Shown here piece after piece: positions 47,778-61,092 of a stretch of 64,000 nucleotides of DNA. Origin of the DNA: Lama guanicoe (taxonomy: Eukaryota). Positions within the stretch are counted from its first letter, which is position 1. Each line of letters starts with the position of its first letter. The stretch is taken from the NCBI GenBank assembly GCA_013239625.1, contig MU053994.1, positions 1,491,775-1,555,774 on the forward strand. Direction: 5' to 3'. The position numbers and the translations under genes were made by a program. The notes beneath the pieces are model-generated. The model was not told the DNA's origin, did not search any database, and saw nothing but the letters and a program-made list of their open reading frames with translations.

Positions 47778-48916
47778 GGAGACACTTTTGAGAGTGAATG
47801 GGTTGCTAACTGGTTAAAGTAGCAGAACTACAGGAATAAGCTGGGACTGTCTGGGGCAAACTGTATCAGTCACCTCCCAATCCACACACTTGGGGCATTC
47901 CTGGCAGGGCCCGCCTCTGGATAAAGTGGATGTGGTTTGAGGTTTGAGGTTTGAGAGGGGCATTCTTGTGACTATATGTGTTCCATAAAGCTGAGAACCT
48001 GCAGATGTCCTTGCAATAAAAATCCATAAACTAACACCTTTCCCTCAGCAAATAAGGGGTTCTGGATACATACCCTCTGGCTAAGCTCTTCTTTTTATCA
48101 TTTATGAGCATTCTCCCAACTTCTCTGTCTCCAGCCTTCATAGAGGTTGGTTGAAGCTGAAACTCTTGGCAGGTCCCTGAACCACACAGCCAGAAAATTA
48201 TATGCTGTGCACATCTGCAGTGAGGAACGTGAGGCTTTCCAGGGGAGATTTATTGCCTCCTTTCCCTCCCCCTTTTGGAAGGGTTCTGGATGCTGCTCCT
48301 TGTGTATAGCATGTGCCTCCGGCTTATCACTACAGTAAGTATAAAAGCAATTAATTTTTCCCCCTTTTGGAAAGCGGAAGTTTTAACCGCACTTCAATAC
48401 CATTTGCATTTCTGATTTCTATCAAGTTCACACTTCCAGCAAAGAAAGTCCTGCTGATATAATTTGGTTTTTTAATTGCATATTCTCTGGCAGGAAGCTG
48501 CTTTCTTTTGCCTCCAACGCAGAAAACATGTACACATTGGGAGGAGCTCAGCTCTGACCTCTGCTGCAGGGCAGCTCGCTTTACGGCATTAGGGAGGTGA
48601 GGACAGGTGTGGGAATTTGGAGCGGGACCCTCCTGCATTTTTATATAGATGTTCACATATGCTGAGCTCATGAAAATCAGCTGCCTGGTTTGGGTGAAGT
48701 GGGGAGCTTTTGAGAAGCATGTCTTTGGACCAGGTTGCAATTTACTTACGTGTTCAGGGAAATTTTTCTGAGACAGACCAGATTTATTTCTTGCTTGCTT
48801 TCGCTGGTTGATACCCTTTTACACGGTTTCAACGTCACTATTTAGACATACAGAATGTTTAAGGTATAAGGGACCCAAGGGACCATGTGATCTGATGATG
48901 TTATAGGCGAGGAGAG

Positions 48917-49385
48917 TGCGGTGGATTGAATGAATGGTCCCAGTGCTTCACCCCACCTTGTCTCATGGCGTTGTCATGGCATTGCCATGGGTGCAGTATA
49001 CTTCCCTGCCCCTTGATATGAGGCATAGCCAAGTGACTTGCTTTGGCCAATGAAATGGACCTTAAGATAGTTCTGAGCCTAGGCCTCAAGAGGCCTCACA
49101 TCCTTCCCCATCCTCCTGGTATCTCTGCTATTATACGAAAAGAACATACCCATATAGCCCAGTGGTCTAGGAGGAGAAGAGACACGTGGAGCGGAGCTGA
49201 CTTAGCCAACCCTCAGTCCTGTGACATGAAACAGATCCACTGCAGCCTAAAGGATTGCTACCAAGCTAAGCCCAAGCTAGATCGGCTAAACCCTAGCTGC
49301 CCCCCGGATCCATGGTGCTAATTGCGTGTCGTTGTATGCTGCTGAGCCTGTGGGTATTTCTACGTGGAGATTGCTAACCAATACA
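48917..49385 (+). mobile_element. MaLR MLT1 (G/H-like) solo LTR
   Basis: tgcggtggattga..gtgacttgctttggccaatgaaatg..ttctgagcctaggcctcaagaggcct, ending gctaaccaataca. Confidence 0.8.
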
Positions 49386-51151
49386 GATGTTGGAGACCAG
49401 AGAGGGAAGGTGACTACCCTGTTGTCACACAGCTGGCTTGTGTCAAAGGCAAGCCTCGAACCCGTGTCCCCTGTTCTCAGGCTTGCAGCAGTCACCCTGG
49501 GAAAGATACTGCTTAGTCGTAGGTCTTGCAGCTTTTGGAAAATGTAGCTTGTAAAAAAATCGTTGAGAGAAAACAGATGAAACTTTACATGGCTCCAGGG
49601 ATTAATAATGTAACGGGGATTGTTCCACTTCTGGTTTGAAGGGAATCTGAACTGGCTGTTCCAGCCCCTCTACCCTCCGCTCCAGCAGCTGTGGAGCTCC
49701 CCAGGACACAGAGTTTACTGGCCTGGGAGCCGCTCCAAATAGCATCTGCAACAACCAGGGCTTGACTAGCCCTGGGGGCCACCAGTGGCTGGAGCTGGCG
49801 TCTGGCCCTTTTCTCGGCAAGCAGGAAGCCCAAGATCCCACCTCAGCATCCCCAGACCCAGACCAGCCTCTGCAAGGAGCACAAGGAAGATCCAGAAAGA
49901 TAAACTGCCCCAACCCCCCAGCTCTCTCCCATCAAAGATTAAAATCCCATGTTCGGAACTCTTCCCTTTTATGCCAATGTCCCCTGAGACACAGGCACTC
50001 GGTGTGGGTGGACAGAAGGAGAGGTGTCACACTTGAAGCTTATGTCACTCATTTACCTCTCCCTGTAAAGAACGGCTCCTGCCACCTTTTCCAGGACTTG
50101 TCCCTCACTGACCTGTCTCACTGTGGCCTGCAGAGAAAAAGTGCTGGTCATAATGAGCATGCCAAGAGCTAACAGAATTTCTGTGTGTTAGCTTTTCTTC
50201 CCAGTGACTGCTATGGCTGCCTGTCTCCTGGCACCACTTTGGGGGAGCTCTTCTTATGCTAGAGAACTCTCTTTTCTCCACCTTTAAAACACCCTGTCTT
50301 GATATGGGCTTGGGCTCCAGATAGAGGGTGGGTGTGAGAAATGAGGGAAAACGGCCAGCTGCCATATGATTATGCATATTTGATACTTGATCAATATCTG
50401 CCTCCATTCTGTCTTGTAAGTTCGAAGAAGAGCCAGGTCACATCCACCTTGTTCCCTCTGGTAGACCTACTTCATACCATGATGCCAAACGCAGAAGCAG
50501 CTTTGATAAATATTATAGGAATGAACGAACACAGCTGTCCTGGGAGATAACCCACAGATGACATCTTTGCACACCCAGCCCAACACGGTTCAGCATGTCA
50601 GGCCTGGACCCATGGGTCCCTTGGCATCTGGTTGAGGTCCCTCTGCCACTCCCCATGGTGCCACGCCACACTAAGCTTGTCTTGACAGATCAGTTGCTGC
50701 TGAGCTGACATCTCCATCATCCAGGCCTCCCTCATGACTGGAGGACACAAGAAAGGGACTGAGAACTGTGGCAGCCATGGCAAGTGATCAAACTTACCTC
50801 TCCCCCTGGAGCAAACTTGGTCTCCTGCTCCTTCTCAGTCCGTACCCCGGATTCACTGGCAGGAGCTGGTGACCTGGCAGCACCTGCTGCTCTCTGGGAC
50901 CAAGGCAGCTGATCTAATGCCTCGTGCCAGCTGGGCCACAGAACAAAGTCACCAATACAAAGGAGAGTCCAGACCGGCAGGTGCCACCAACCACCTATGA
51001 CAGGGACAAGCGTCTGACAGGAGGTGTCGGATAAGGGGATCATATGGCCGTTATTCTTGCTCACTGCTGTGAGAGGTTATCTGAGTCCAGTTCAGAGAGG
51101 ATGAAAACAAATGTTTCTGAGTGCTTCTGACTTCCCCTGATGCACATGTGC

Positions 51152-51623
51152 TGCCTGAGCCCGGGTTCACTTGCAAGCCGGCTGGGACGAGGCATGGGCG
51201 CAGGTAGTTTATTGGAGATGTGATCCTTTAGAATGGAAGAGATGGAGCAGGGAGGGTGAGACCAGAAAGGGAGACAATCCAATTTATCCTGTGCTAATGA
51301 GTGTGGGCACCTGGTTGGGATCTGTGAGAAACCCCGCGAAGTGTGCCTCAGTGAATGGGGAGGCTGGGGCATTTATCCATCACCCCCTGACCCCCAGTGC
51401 TCTAAGGCTGCCCCCCCCGGGCCCTTATGTCCCTCACATTTCCCAGTTGCACCTGCGCTAAGCTGAGTAGGCTCCCACGGTACTGGAGCAAGCCCTCAGA
51501 CAGAGGTGGGAGATGCAGGCCTGGGGGTGGAGGAGCCATTGTGTGCTCCTGAACTGTCCACCTCAGCTACAGTGAACTCAGGTGGGTCTAGAGGGTACCA
51601 GTTGGGCATCCACATGGCCTACA
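51152..51623 (-). mobile_element. ERVL LTR33-like solo LTR
   Basis: gcaggtagtttattggagatgtgatcc..tgtgggcacctgg..gctggggcatttatcc..aagccctcagacagag. Confidence 0.7.
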
Positions 51624-52180
51624 ATTTGCTCACAATTGGCCTGGAGCCAGAAGACATGCATCCCTCTTCCACTTACCTATGAGATCTTAATCAAGTCAAC
51701 TTGCCCTCAGCCTCAATTTCCCCTTCCAGAAAAAAAAAATAACAGATATTTTTCAGGGACTGTTGTGGGAAATCAAATTAAAGCAGAGACTCAAATATAA
51801 ATTATCTTTATGTTTGTAGGAAATCCTGTTCCTTTAATTAGCCAACAAGGTATATTGCTCACCTGTCAGTAGGTGAAATATGGAGGGTTTCCAAGGATAG
51901 AAGTTGTCAAAGATGCTTTAAGAGACAGAGGGTGTCATCCAGTGTCAGATGGGAATGTGTCAGTGAGTCAACCTGCAGTGGGTTCCTGATGTTCCCATTT
52001 ATAAATCTGGTTTTAGAACAGAAAACTGTCATTATCTTATTCAAAGACTTCCTCCCAGATTCAGCTGGCCCTACATCAGCCTGAGCTATTGGTGTCCTCT
52101 TTGCTCAACTTCCTTCCCCATAAATTCCCCAGTTCTTCGGGGTGATGCTAAGAAGATCCCTGCCTCTTGGGTTCTTCATG

Positions 52181-52630
52181 ATGTTAGTTAAGGTAATATT
52201 AGCTGCTGTAACTGATAAACCTCCACATCTTAGGGGCTTATCACAACCAAAGGATTTTTTTGTTCTCACTCACATTGCAATCCAGCATGGGTGAGCCTGC
52301 TCACGAAGGGTGCCCCCAGACAATGATCCAAGAACCCAAGCATCTTCCAGCCTGCGGCTTTGCCATCTTCAACACAAGGCTCCTAAACTTGTCTTGAGGG
52401 TCTTTATTTCCAGCCAACTGGAGAGGAGAAAGAACATGGGAAATCAGACAGCAGATTTTTAACAGTCCAGGTCTGGAAGTACTGTATATCAGGACTCGCA
52501 CCCCTGTTCCTTTGGCCAGAACTCAGTTCACATGGCCACACCTAACTGCAAGGGAAGCTGGGAATTATGGTCTACCTGAGTGCCCAGGAAGAAGAGAAGG
52601 AGTTTGGTGACCAGATGGCAGGCTCTAACA
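52181..52630 (-). mobile_element. MaLR MLT1J-like LTR
   Basis: tagctgctgtaac..gccatcttcaacac..ttggccagaactcagttcacatggccacacctaactgcaaggga. Confidence 0.8.
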
Positions 52631-53194
52631 TAGCTTCCGTATTCACGTGATCAAGGAAGAGTTAGAATTGGGTGTTCAGCACAACAGGAGTACATTAGCC
52701 ACGAAGGAAGTGAAGTCCAGGGAAGTCAGATGAGGCAAGGGAGGAGGACCAGGCAGGGGCTGTGGCTGAGGAAGCTAGTGCTGTAGCTTTATTATGCTCC
52801 CTGTTGCCTACGTACCCTCCCACCTACAAACCTGAAGTGCTTAATTTTTCTCCCAAAGCCATGGACTTTCATGACACTATGTCTTTGCTCAAATTTCTCC
52901 TTCTCTCTGGAGCCTCTCCCACCCTCATCTATCTGGTCAACCATCTGTCAACCCCAATGAACCATGCCTCCTAGCATGCTTGCCTTTGTGTCATCTCCCC
53001 TTGAATCTGGGCTGCTCCAATTGAATACAGTGGAAGTGACACTCCTGGCGTAACACTTAAATCAGAAGCTTTTGCTTTTGTATTCTGAAAGTCTCAGAAA
53101 GTAGAATGGGATTTACTCCACTTCCATAACAACAACAAAAAGACCCCTGAACCCTTGATGCAAGGGACATCTCTATGCAAATGTTGGAGACAAG

Positions 53195-53440
53195 ATGGCA
53201 TGGTAGTTTGGAGCAAGGACTTTCACCTCAAGAAGACCTGGGTTTGAGTCTCAACCTCACCACTTTCCAGATGTTAAACTTCAGGCAAGTTAATTAACCT
53301 CACTGAGCCCTGATCTTAGCTTGAAATTAGAGACACTAATATTTACTCCCTCAATAAGTTTGCTATGATGATTAAATGTAGTATTGCCTTTTAAAGCACA
53401 ACGCACAATGCCAGGCAAACAGCAAATGCTTTAAGAAATA
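53195..53440 (+). mobile_element. MIR SINE
   Basis: agacctgggtttgagtc..ggcaagttaattaacctcactgagcc..acaatgccaggca. Confidence 0.8.
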
Positions 53441-53669
53441 ATGACCACAAACCTAGTGGATTGTGGGAAATAATCAACCACCAATCTGGAGCAATTCACT
53501 TACACAAAATCTACTGTTAGCATTTAAAAATTATTTGGATAATATTCAGAAGAAAAAGAGACACATACAGAATTACAGTATTGTTCGTAAACATACTTAT
53601 ATCCATACTAATAAACATGATGAAATATTTATTCTCAGTGACTGGCAATGATAAAATTTAATATTTGTT

Positions 53670-53920
53670 TATTAAAGGTTTCATTTCAACATGCTAGATG
53701 CTCTTTGAAGCATTTTATATGCATCCAATCATTAAATACTCTTCAACAGTCCTATAAGGTGAATACTATTATTACCCTCATCTTGTTATAGATCAGGAAT
53801 CTCAGGGCTCAGAAAGGCTAAATAACTTACCCAAGGTCACACAGCTAGCAGGATGTTGAGTTCAGATTCAACTCCAGTTGTTCTGGCTAATCAGCGATTA
53901 ACCACAACCATAAAATGCCT
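53670..53920 (-). mobile_element. MIR SINE
   Basis: ctattattaccctcat..ggctcagaaagg..aacttacccaaggtcacacagctag. Confidence 0.85.
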
Positions 53921-54035
53921 CTCATTTGAAGAATACTCTAGGACAGTTGCAAGATCAGAACTTATTTGTAAGCAGGGATTGTTCTGTTATTAAAAAACTT
54001 ACAAGGGAGACTAGAAAAAGAAATATATTGCTCGT

Positions 54036-54131
54036 GTGAGTAAATATTTACATACACCAAAATATTTATGTTCATGTATGTGAGTACTGCTTTCCACAGG
54101 GGGAGAGGAAAACGTGTAAATATTTACTCAC
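54036..54131. repeat. Perfect 17-bp inverted repeat, each arm containing the palindrome GTAAATATTTAC
   Basis: gtgagtaaatatttaca at 54036-54052 and tgtaaatatttactcac at 54115-54131. Confidence 0.9.
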
Positions 54132-54773
54132 TGGAAATAGCTGACAAGTAGTTAGGAAATAAGAATATTTATACTGTACATTGCTTTTGTGCTGTCAAAT
54201 TGTTTCATCTGGAGTCTATGTACAAATTCCCATATTGGACAGGCAACACAAGAATCCTGAAACTGTAAATTCAAGGCCTCTTTTGGAGGTTCCTAACTTG
54301 TATGAGATCAATTTCCAAATAAAGTTAATTCCAATTTTCCTAACTCATGTTTTTAACAAAAAAAAGTACACTGCCTTTTAAGGTGTCCTGATTCTTTCCA
54401 GGAGGAATTATCCTTAAGCCCCAAATCAGAGGCTCTGTCATTATGACCAGTGTCCCACGCTGTGGGTTTTGACTGGGAGACATACTCTAGGGACCACTTC
54501 TGGACCAGCATTTGAAAGTGGTTAGGAAGCAGGTCAAATACTGAGTTGGCTGGACAATAGTGACCCCCCAGACATCGCCAAAGACAAGAAAATTTTCAAA
54601 TTAAAAAAAACCCCACCACCCTATTTTTACATAAGTACTGAGGATTTTGATAGAGTATGGCAAAATGGAATTCAAATAAATGAGTAGATATATACTCTGG
54701 ACCTAGTGTATTGGCTTTGGGTCGGTGCTTTCGCATGTCATTGTGTTTACCCCTTATTGTGGCAGATATCCTT

Positions 54774-55352
54774 TGTGTCAGTTGGATGACCTTTAGCTGC
54801 AAATAACAGAGTCTTGATGTGACAGATTTAAACAACAAATGATATATTACCTCATGTAATAGGGAGGCCCAAAGTGGGAATGTTCTGGGGTTTGTCTCAT
54901 GTTTCTTCCATCTTCCCCTCTGCATTTTTGGCATATTGTCTTGTCCTTGGTGAGATTGCCTCATGATCGCAAGATGCTTGCTGTAGTTCTCGAGTCATTT
55001 ACAGATACCACAAAGTCTAATAGAAGTAGAGAGATTTTTATCTTCATGCGTCTCTCTTTCTAATGCAAATATTTCCCAGAAGGCTTCAACAGACTTCCCC
55101 TCATATATCATTGGCTAGAATTAAATCACATGCTCATGCCTAACCAATCACTACCAAGGGGGATGGGACCGCTATATTTAACTTACAGGATTCAAGAGTC
55201 CTCTGCCTTCTGAAGACAGGGCTGAGGGATGATTCCTTTGAAACACATGACCTCCTTGAGCAAGGGAGACTCCTGAATGATATTGAGGTTTGATAAGGAA
55301 GAATAAAGAAGGTAACTAGTCAGGGGGTAGACAGCTAACAGGGTCCTCCACT
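54774..55352 (-). mobile_element. MaLR MLT1K/L-like LTR
   Basis: tgtgtcagtt..tttagctgcaaataacaga..gacttcccctcatatatcattggctagaatt..ctaaccaatcact. Confidence 0.75.
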
Positions 55353-57375
55353 GTATCTCATTTGAAAGATGAGGCAAACAAGGCTCAGAGAAGTTGTGAC
55401 CATGCATTTAGTAAATACTTCTGCTGTAATTCAAACCCAGAGCCTTTTCTGTCCTGCCTTAAGTACCTCCAACTGCTGCTGCTTTCATGTTACTGGAACA
55501 GTTAGGTGCGTGGGCACAACTGATGTTTTCCACCGAGCTCCCTTCTCTATTTCCTGTCTAGACAATTGTGAAAAGGCTGTTTGTATAAATTGAATTAATT
55601 CATAGACATTACCCACCCACCACTGGCTAGAAGCCTCCTTTCTCCCTCCCTCTCCAGCAATCCTGCCAGAGGCTACACTTGCTTTAGCTTGGAGACCTGC
55701 CCAGAAGAGCATCTCTGGACCTAGGCAGCAGAAGAGTGAGGAGCCACCGTTTCTGCTGTGGATACCTCAGCCTGTCCCACACTCTGTCTCCCCCAGGCTT
55801 AGATTCTGGATGCCCAGTGCTCAATCTCTCTATCTTGGGTTGTGTATTGTGCATCATCCAGCTGCCTGCCACTCTGGTGTCTGGGGAATATCTGCTCCTC
55901 TCTCCTTAAGATGATGTCTCCAGTATCTCTTAGTTTCTGGATCCCTGACTCCTTGACCCAGACCAGGGTGCTCCTCCTTTCAGCTCTCTTGGTCTCTAGA
56001 ACTTTCCTCTCCTCCCAGTTAGGTCATTGTTGTATATCAGATTGTTTTATATTAGTCTCTTTCCTTATTATGAGTTTCCTGGGGACAGAGTCTACATCTC
56101 TTTATCTTGGCTCAAGTAACCCCAGTGAAGAGGAGGATATCTTTGACATGGTGGCAACCATCTTCCTTGCAAGATCTGTATGCGTGAACTTTCGTATGCA
56201 TGGGAGCTTTTGTGTCTTGGCTAGTGAAGGAAGGAGATTGGTTTGTATTTGTTTTGTTTACTTGTTTGGTTTGCTTGTTTACTTATTTTTTTAATGCTAA
56301 AGCAGTAGGAGAATAGAGAGAAGAAAGACAAAGAGGCAGAGAAGAGGATATGGCATAGACTCTACCATGGCAGAGGCTGCTGGTGGTCTTCCTAAATATC
56401 TTAAATATGCTCCCCTTACTTCTTATTAACAGAACCTTCATTTTGTTCATGGTGGCAATATGCCCAGCAAAAAATTGACATTTCCCAGCTGTATATAGTC
56501 ATGTTACTGGATGAGATGACCTAGGAGTGTGGGTGTAAAGAGAAACAGAAAGGACTAAACCTTGGAGTTCTTTTTGCAGAGGCTGAGTTTAGGACAAAGA
56601 GCAAAAATTTCAGCACGGCAGCTGAGAGATAGAAGTATTTTAAGAAACAAGGAGGAGCCAACTGTGCCAAATGCTCTTGAGACCACCAGCCAGATGATAA
56701 AATAGGTGTGTCCACTGGATATGGTGACTTGGTAACATGGAAATCAGTGCAGGTAAATTTGTTGGTTTGGGGTTGAAAAAGACAGAGGTCCCGTGTGATT
56801 ATTTCTAAGCTCATAGGCTTGTGAGTAAGGAGGGAGGGAAATATAGAGGGTTTGAAGGAAAAGAAGAGAGGATGAAATAGTTTATCTGAAGGCAAATAAC
56901 AAACTTCCTAGGGAGGCTTGCCATGTGGTTAGAGTGCCTTTTTGAGGTTTGTGGTCATACATTTAAAAGTGAAACCAATCAGTGCATTTGAGTAAAGGTC
57001 AACATGCAAGACAAGGACAAATGGAGCTGTCCAGGACCCAAGCGATAAAGAGCCAAGCAAGTTTGGAAAGGAGGTCATTCTTCCCCCATCTCTCTTCACC
57101 CCCGATCTCAGTTTTGTGCAGTTTTGACATCCTAGACGTTCAGGGTTGGCATTGCCAAGAAAGAGCTGTTGTGTGGTGGAGCCTTCGGTATAACCATGGG
57201 TCCCAAAAGAGTTGTGTCCTCTGGGAGGCCCTGGAGCAGGGTACACGAGGAAGGGACTTAGTCTCATATATAGTTAAGGCGCTTTCTGGGCATTTCCAGA
57301 AATACTTGGAGAAAGTTTTACGATCCCGCAGCCTTGTAGGTGGAAATAACGCACTGCTACAGCTTAGATACTGAG

Positions 57376-57827
57376 ATGTGGCAACTAGAATGGGCCATGG
57401 TGCCCAGATATTTGGTCAAACATTAACCTGGATGTTTCTGTGAGGGTGTTTTTGCATGAGATTATCATTTAAATCAGTGGGCTTTGCGTAAAGCAGGTTG
57501 CTGTCCATAATGTGGATGGGCCTTATCTAATCAAAGGCCTGAATTAAACAAAAGACTGGCCTACCCCATTAGGAGAACATTCTGCCTGCAGATGGCCTTT
57601 GGACCTGCACGGCAACACTGACTTTCCTCTGAGTCCTCAGCCTGATGGCCTTTTGACTTGAAATGCAACAGCAGCTCCTCCCTGGGTCTCCAGCCTGCCA
57701 GCCCACCCTGTAGATTTTGGACTTGCCAGCCCCCATAATCATGTGAGCCAATTCCTTAAAATAAGTCAGTTTCTCTCTGTCTCTGTCTCTGTGTGTGTCT
57801 CTGTCTCCTTCTGTCTTCTTTTGTCTG

Positions 57828-57876
<49 letters not shown>

Positions 57877-57924
57877 ATATATATTCTTTTGATTCTGTTT
57901 CTGTGGAGAACCCTGACTAATACA
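57376..57924 (+). mobile_element. ERVL MLT2B-like solo LTR with an internal (TC/TG)n expansion
   Basis: tgcccagatatttggtcaaacatt..gtttctgtgagggtgtttt..agattttggacttgccagcc..cataatcatgtgagccaattcctt..ggagaaccctgactaataca. Confidence 0.9.
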
Positions 57925-58149
57925 GATATAAATTCTAGTATGACTCTATTTGTCCTCAAAGCCTGGGGAAGCCTAGGTACTAAGATTACATTTTTTTTAT
58001 CTTCAGAACTCGGAACAATGTCTGTCACATAAGAGCCCACTGAGTATTTGTTGAATAGATGAAAAGATGGATGGATGAATGAATATAATAGAAGGATGGA
58101 CGGACAGGTGGACGCCTGAATGGATGAATGATTGGAGAGCTAATTGGAT

Positions 58150-58335
58150 GATACTGTGATGGAAAGAGCACTGAGCTTGGAGTCAGATGTTTTGTGTTTC
58201 ATTCCCAATTCTGCCACTCACTAGCTTTGGGACCTTGAGTATTTCTTTATAATAGAAGTGGGAACAATGATGAATAACAATACTTGACCTACCAACCCCA
58301 TAGGAATCTTGCGCTATCGAATGAGATGCCCAAAG
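58150..58335 (+). mobile_element. MIR SINE
   Basis: gtgatggaaagagcactgagcttggagtcaga..tctgccactcactagct..gaccttga. Confidence 0.75.
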
Positions 58336-60529
58336 GAACGAACGCCACCCTAGATTGCATTCATAAGCGTACAATACTCAGATCAAAGACCTAATATAGT
58401 TCCATGGTGCTTTGCGGCATTGAGACCACATATGGAGTACATATTGTGTGCTCTTGAGAGCTGATGATGTTTTAGAAACTATGAAGCACTCTGTACCTTC
58501 AAAACACTTTTATTATCATCATTATTTTTTCTGAGTCTCTGAGCCTGAGTCTGAGGCCTTGCTTTAATTGACCTTCTTGAAAATTCTGAGCTCTTCCTTG
58601 TTACTTGTCTTCCTGCTGAAGAAACTAGACTTTCTGGACTACATCTCTGGTTCACTTGACCTTTTCTTATTTTTTAATGGGAAAGAGAGTCTATTGGTTT
58701 GCAGACCTCAGAAATACAAGGCTTTGTCTGGACATGGGAGTTCACATTCACAATCTTTCCCTTTCCTCCATCTCACTGCTTTCCTGGGCGTTAGTTTCAC
58801 TCTCAGGCAGTCTTTTCCCGCATGGAAAGATGGTGTGCCGACCTTCTGCCACCTGCCATGTTTTCTGAGTTTGGTTCAGTTTCTGATCCAGTTCTCTTTT
58901 CTCTTAAGCCATTCCCTCACCCCAAAACAGACACACATATATTCAAGCAGCATTGTCTTCTGGCTTCATCTTCTGATTGAGCGTCACACCAACATACAGC
59001 AGAACCGACAGAATATCTTCCACCAAGCTGGCCCTACGATAAAGAGTGCAGTTAGCTCACTGGGACTCCCGGTTGGCTGCCTGCAGAAGGTTCTGTGATG
59101 AAAGCTCATTATGTGTTGAATCCCTGGCTCGATGGGAAAAGATACTCCTGGGTTATCACGGGAAGACATTGGGAGATTGGGTTCTGTCTGCAAAACTCAG
59201 CTGTGGTTTTGAGTCAAGACAACTCAGTCCGAGAGGCTTTCTGAGGCCACCCTGAAAGGGAGATGCCTTAGTAGTCATGCAGATAGACTAATCATGTCTG
59301 CTTCAATCAAGTCAGATGATAACCCTGCTCTGGAGCAAAATAATAATATCTGTCCACTTATGGAACCATCAACTGTTTTCCTCCTGTCCAGCAGAGATGA
59401 GATCGGGCTTCTTGTAGCATCACCTCCTCTAGAGTATGGATATGTGGACAGCCTAGAGAGGAAAGCTCACGTCTTCACACAGCACCAAGCCTATAGCAGT
59501 GCTCAGTAAACAGTGTGCCATTATTTGACAATCTGACCCTCAGCCATTGATCCTGTTCTATTAAAACGAGAATTAGAAAGCCCTTAGAAACGGCTCTCCA
59601 CAGGCCAGGATCTGACAGGGTTCTGAAATTGGAGCTTTGTGCTTTTCTTCCCACAGAACAGTGCGTTCAGCTGTTCATTCGGGGTCATGAGTGAAGCATG
59701 GTATTGGCAAACAGCTCCCTGACCTAGAAAGGCAATGTGGGCTTGAACAAGAGGCAGGAAGCCGGGATGCCATGCCAGTTCCTGTTCTGAGTGCTTTTGC
59801 CCTGGCCCCCTAAAACTACACCACCACCAACTGAGGTCGCCATGTTGGCTCTCTGTACTGGCAAAGAACTCCAACACATTTTTCTACTTAGGCTCAGAAT
59901 GCAAGTGCTGGAAGGAATCTTAAAGATCCATCTAGTTCACTGTTTCCCAACACAAACTATACTAAGGAGGGGTAAGCTCTCTAAATTCTCCACCACAGAT
60001 CAATTAAAATTATATAGACGTAATATATATTTATTAAATTCTTCAATAAACAGTGGAAATCTATTTAAACTCTTTCTCATTCATTTCTTTTATCACTGAA
60101 ATAAAACATTAATTCACGTTAAAGACATTTTATTTAAAGATGAATTTTATAGATTTGAAAAAGTAAAGGTTTTCAGTGGTAAATTTGCAGTCTGGAAAAT
60201 TTGTCCTGGACCACTGCCAGGTTGAATGTCAGGAGACCCTGATTCTATTTCAACCCCTTTTGTTTCTTCTATGAAGAGAGGGAACTGAGGCCCAAGATCA
60301 CAGAGCTGGGACCTAAACTTGGCTCTCTGGATAACACTCCACTGACTTTTCTACTGTATTGGACTCTGTCACAATGGAAGGCAATAGATATCAATCAATC
60401 TACAAATAGATTTGGTGTCAGTAAAGCTCAGCTCTCCCCCTCAGCAGAGAACAATTTGTACCTTACCATTGGGCAGAATTCACAGTACACGTTTTCAACT
60501 TATTGACAACTCTAGTGCCCAATTTCCAT

Positions 60530-61092
60530 CATCAGTATGAAGTAACATTTAGGATATATTTCAGTACAACAGAAAAAGCTGCCCAACGATGCCTTTTGTC
60601 ACGAGTACACTTATGGCTTACGTAACAAGTAGTCAGGCTGTGAGTAATTGCAAGGTTGGTTCGGCAACTTAACAAGGCCAACAAAGACCTTCTGTGGCAC
60701 ACTTCTCAGCCCAGTACTTTTATCCTCAGGTTTGCTGCCTCATGGTCTCAAAATGGCTGCTGCAGCCTCATGCATCATCCTCACATATCAACATCCAACT
60801 CAGGAAACAAGGAGGAAGTAAAAGGCCTTACTCTCCTGTGGCCAACTGTCTTAGCCCAGGATTAGTATTTCCCAGTATCCCTCCATCGCAGATCCTCTTA
60901 CATCTCATTGGCCAGAACCAGGTCATAAGATACCAGTCAGTTGTAAATGAAAACAATTGCTCTAGTTGTCTGGATCTAATCATGATTTAGCCCCTGAGGT
61001 TGAGCACATTGCCACCAAACCAACCAACCTTCTATTAGCAAGGACGAAAGGGGAACAGACTTTGTCTAAACAACCATCAGTGTCTGCCACCC
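60530..61092 (-). mobile_element. MaLR MLT1K-like LTR
   Basis: cctcatggtctcaaaatggctgctgcagc..acatctcattggccagaac..cagtgtctgccac. Confidence 0.7.

Noticed and set aside
58568..59098. 176-aa plus-strand hydrophobic ORF
   Set aside because: Non-ATG start. L/F/S bias follows from the T-rich sequence, and there is no recognisable homology.
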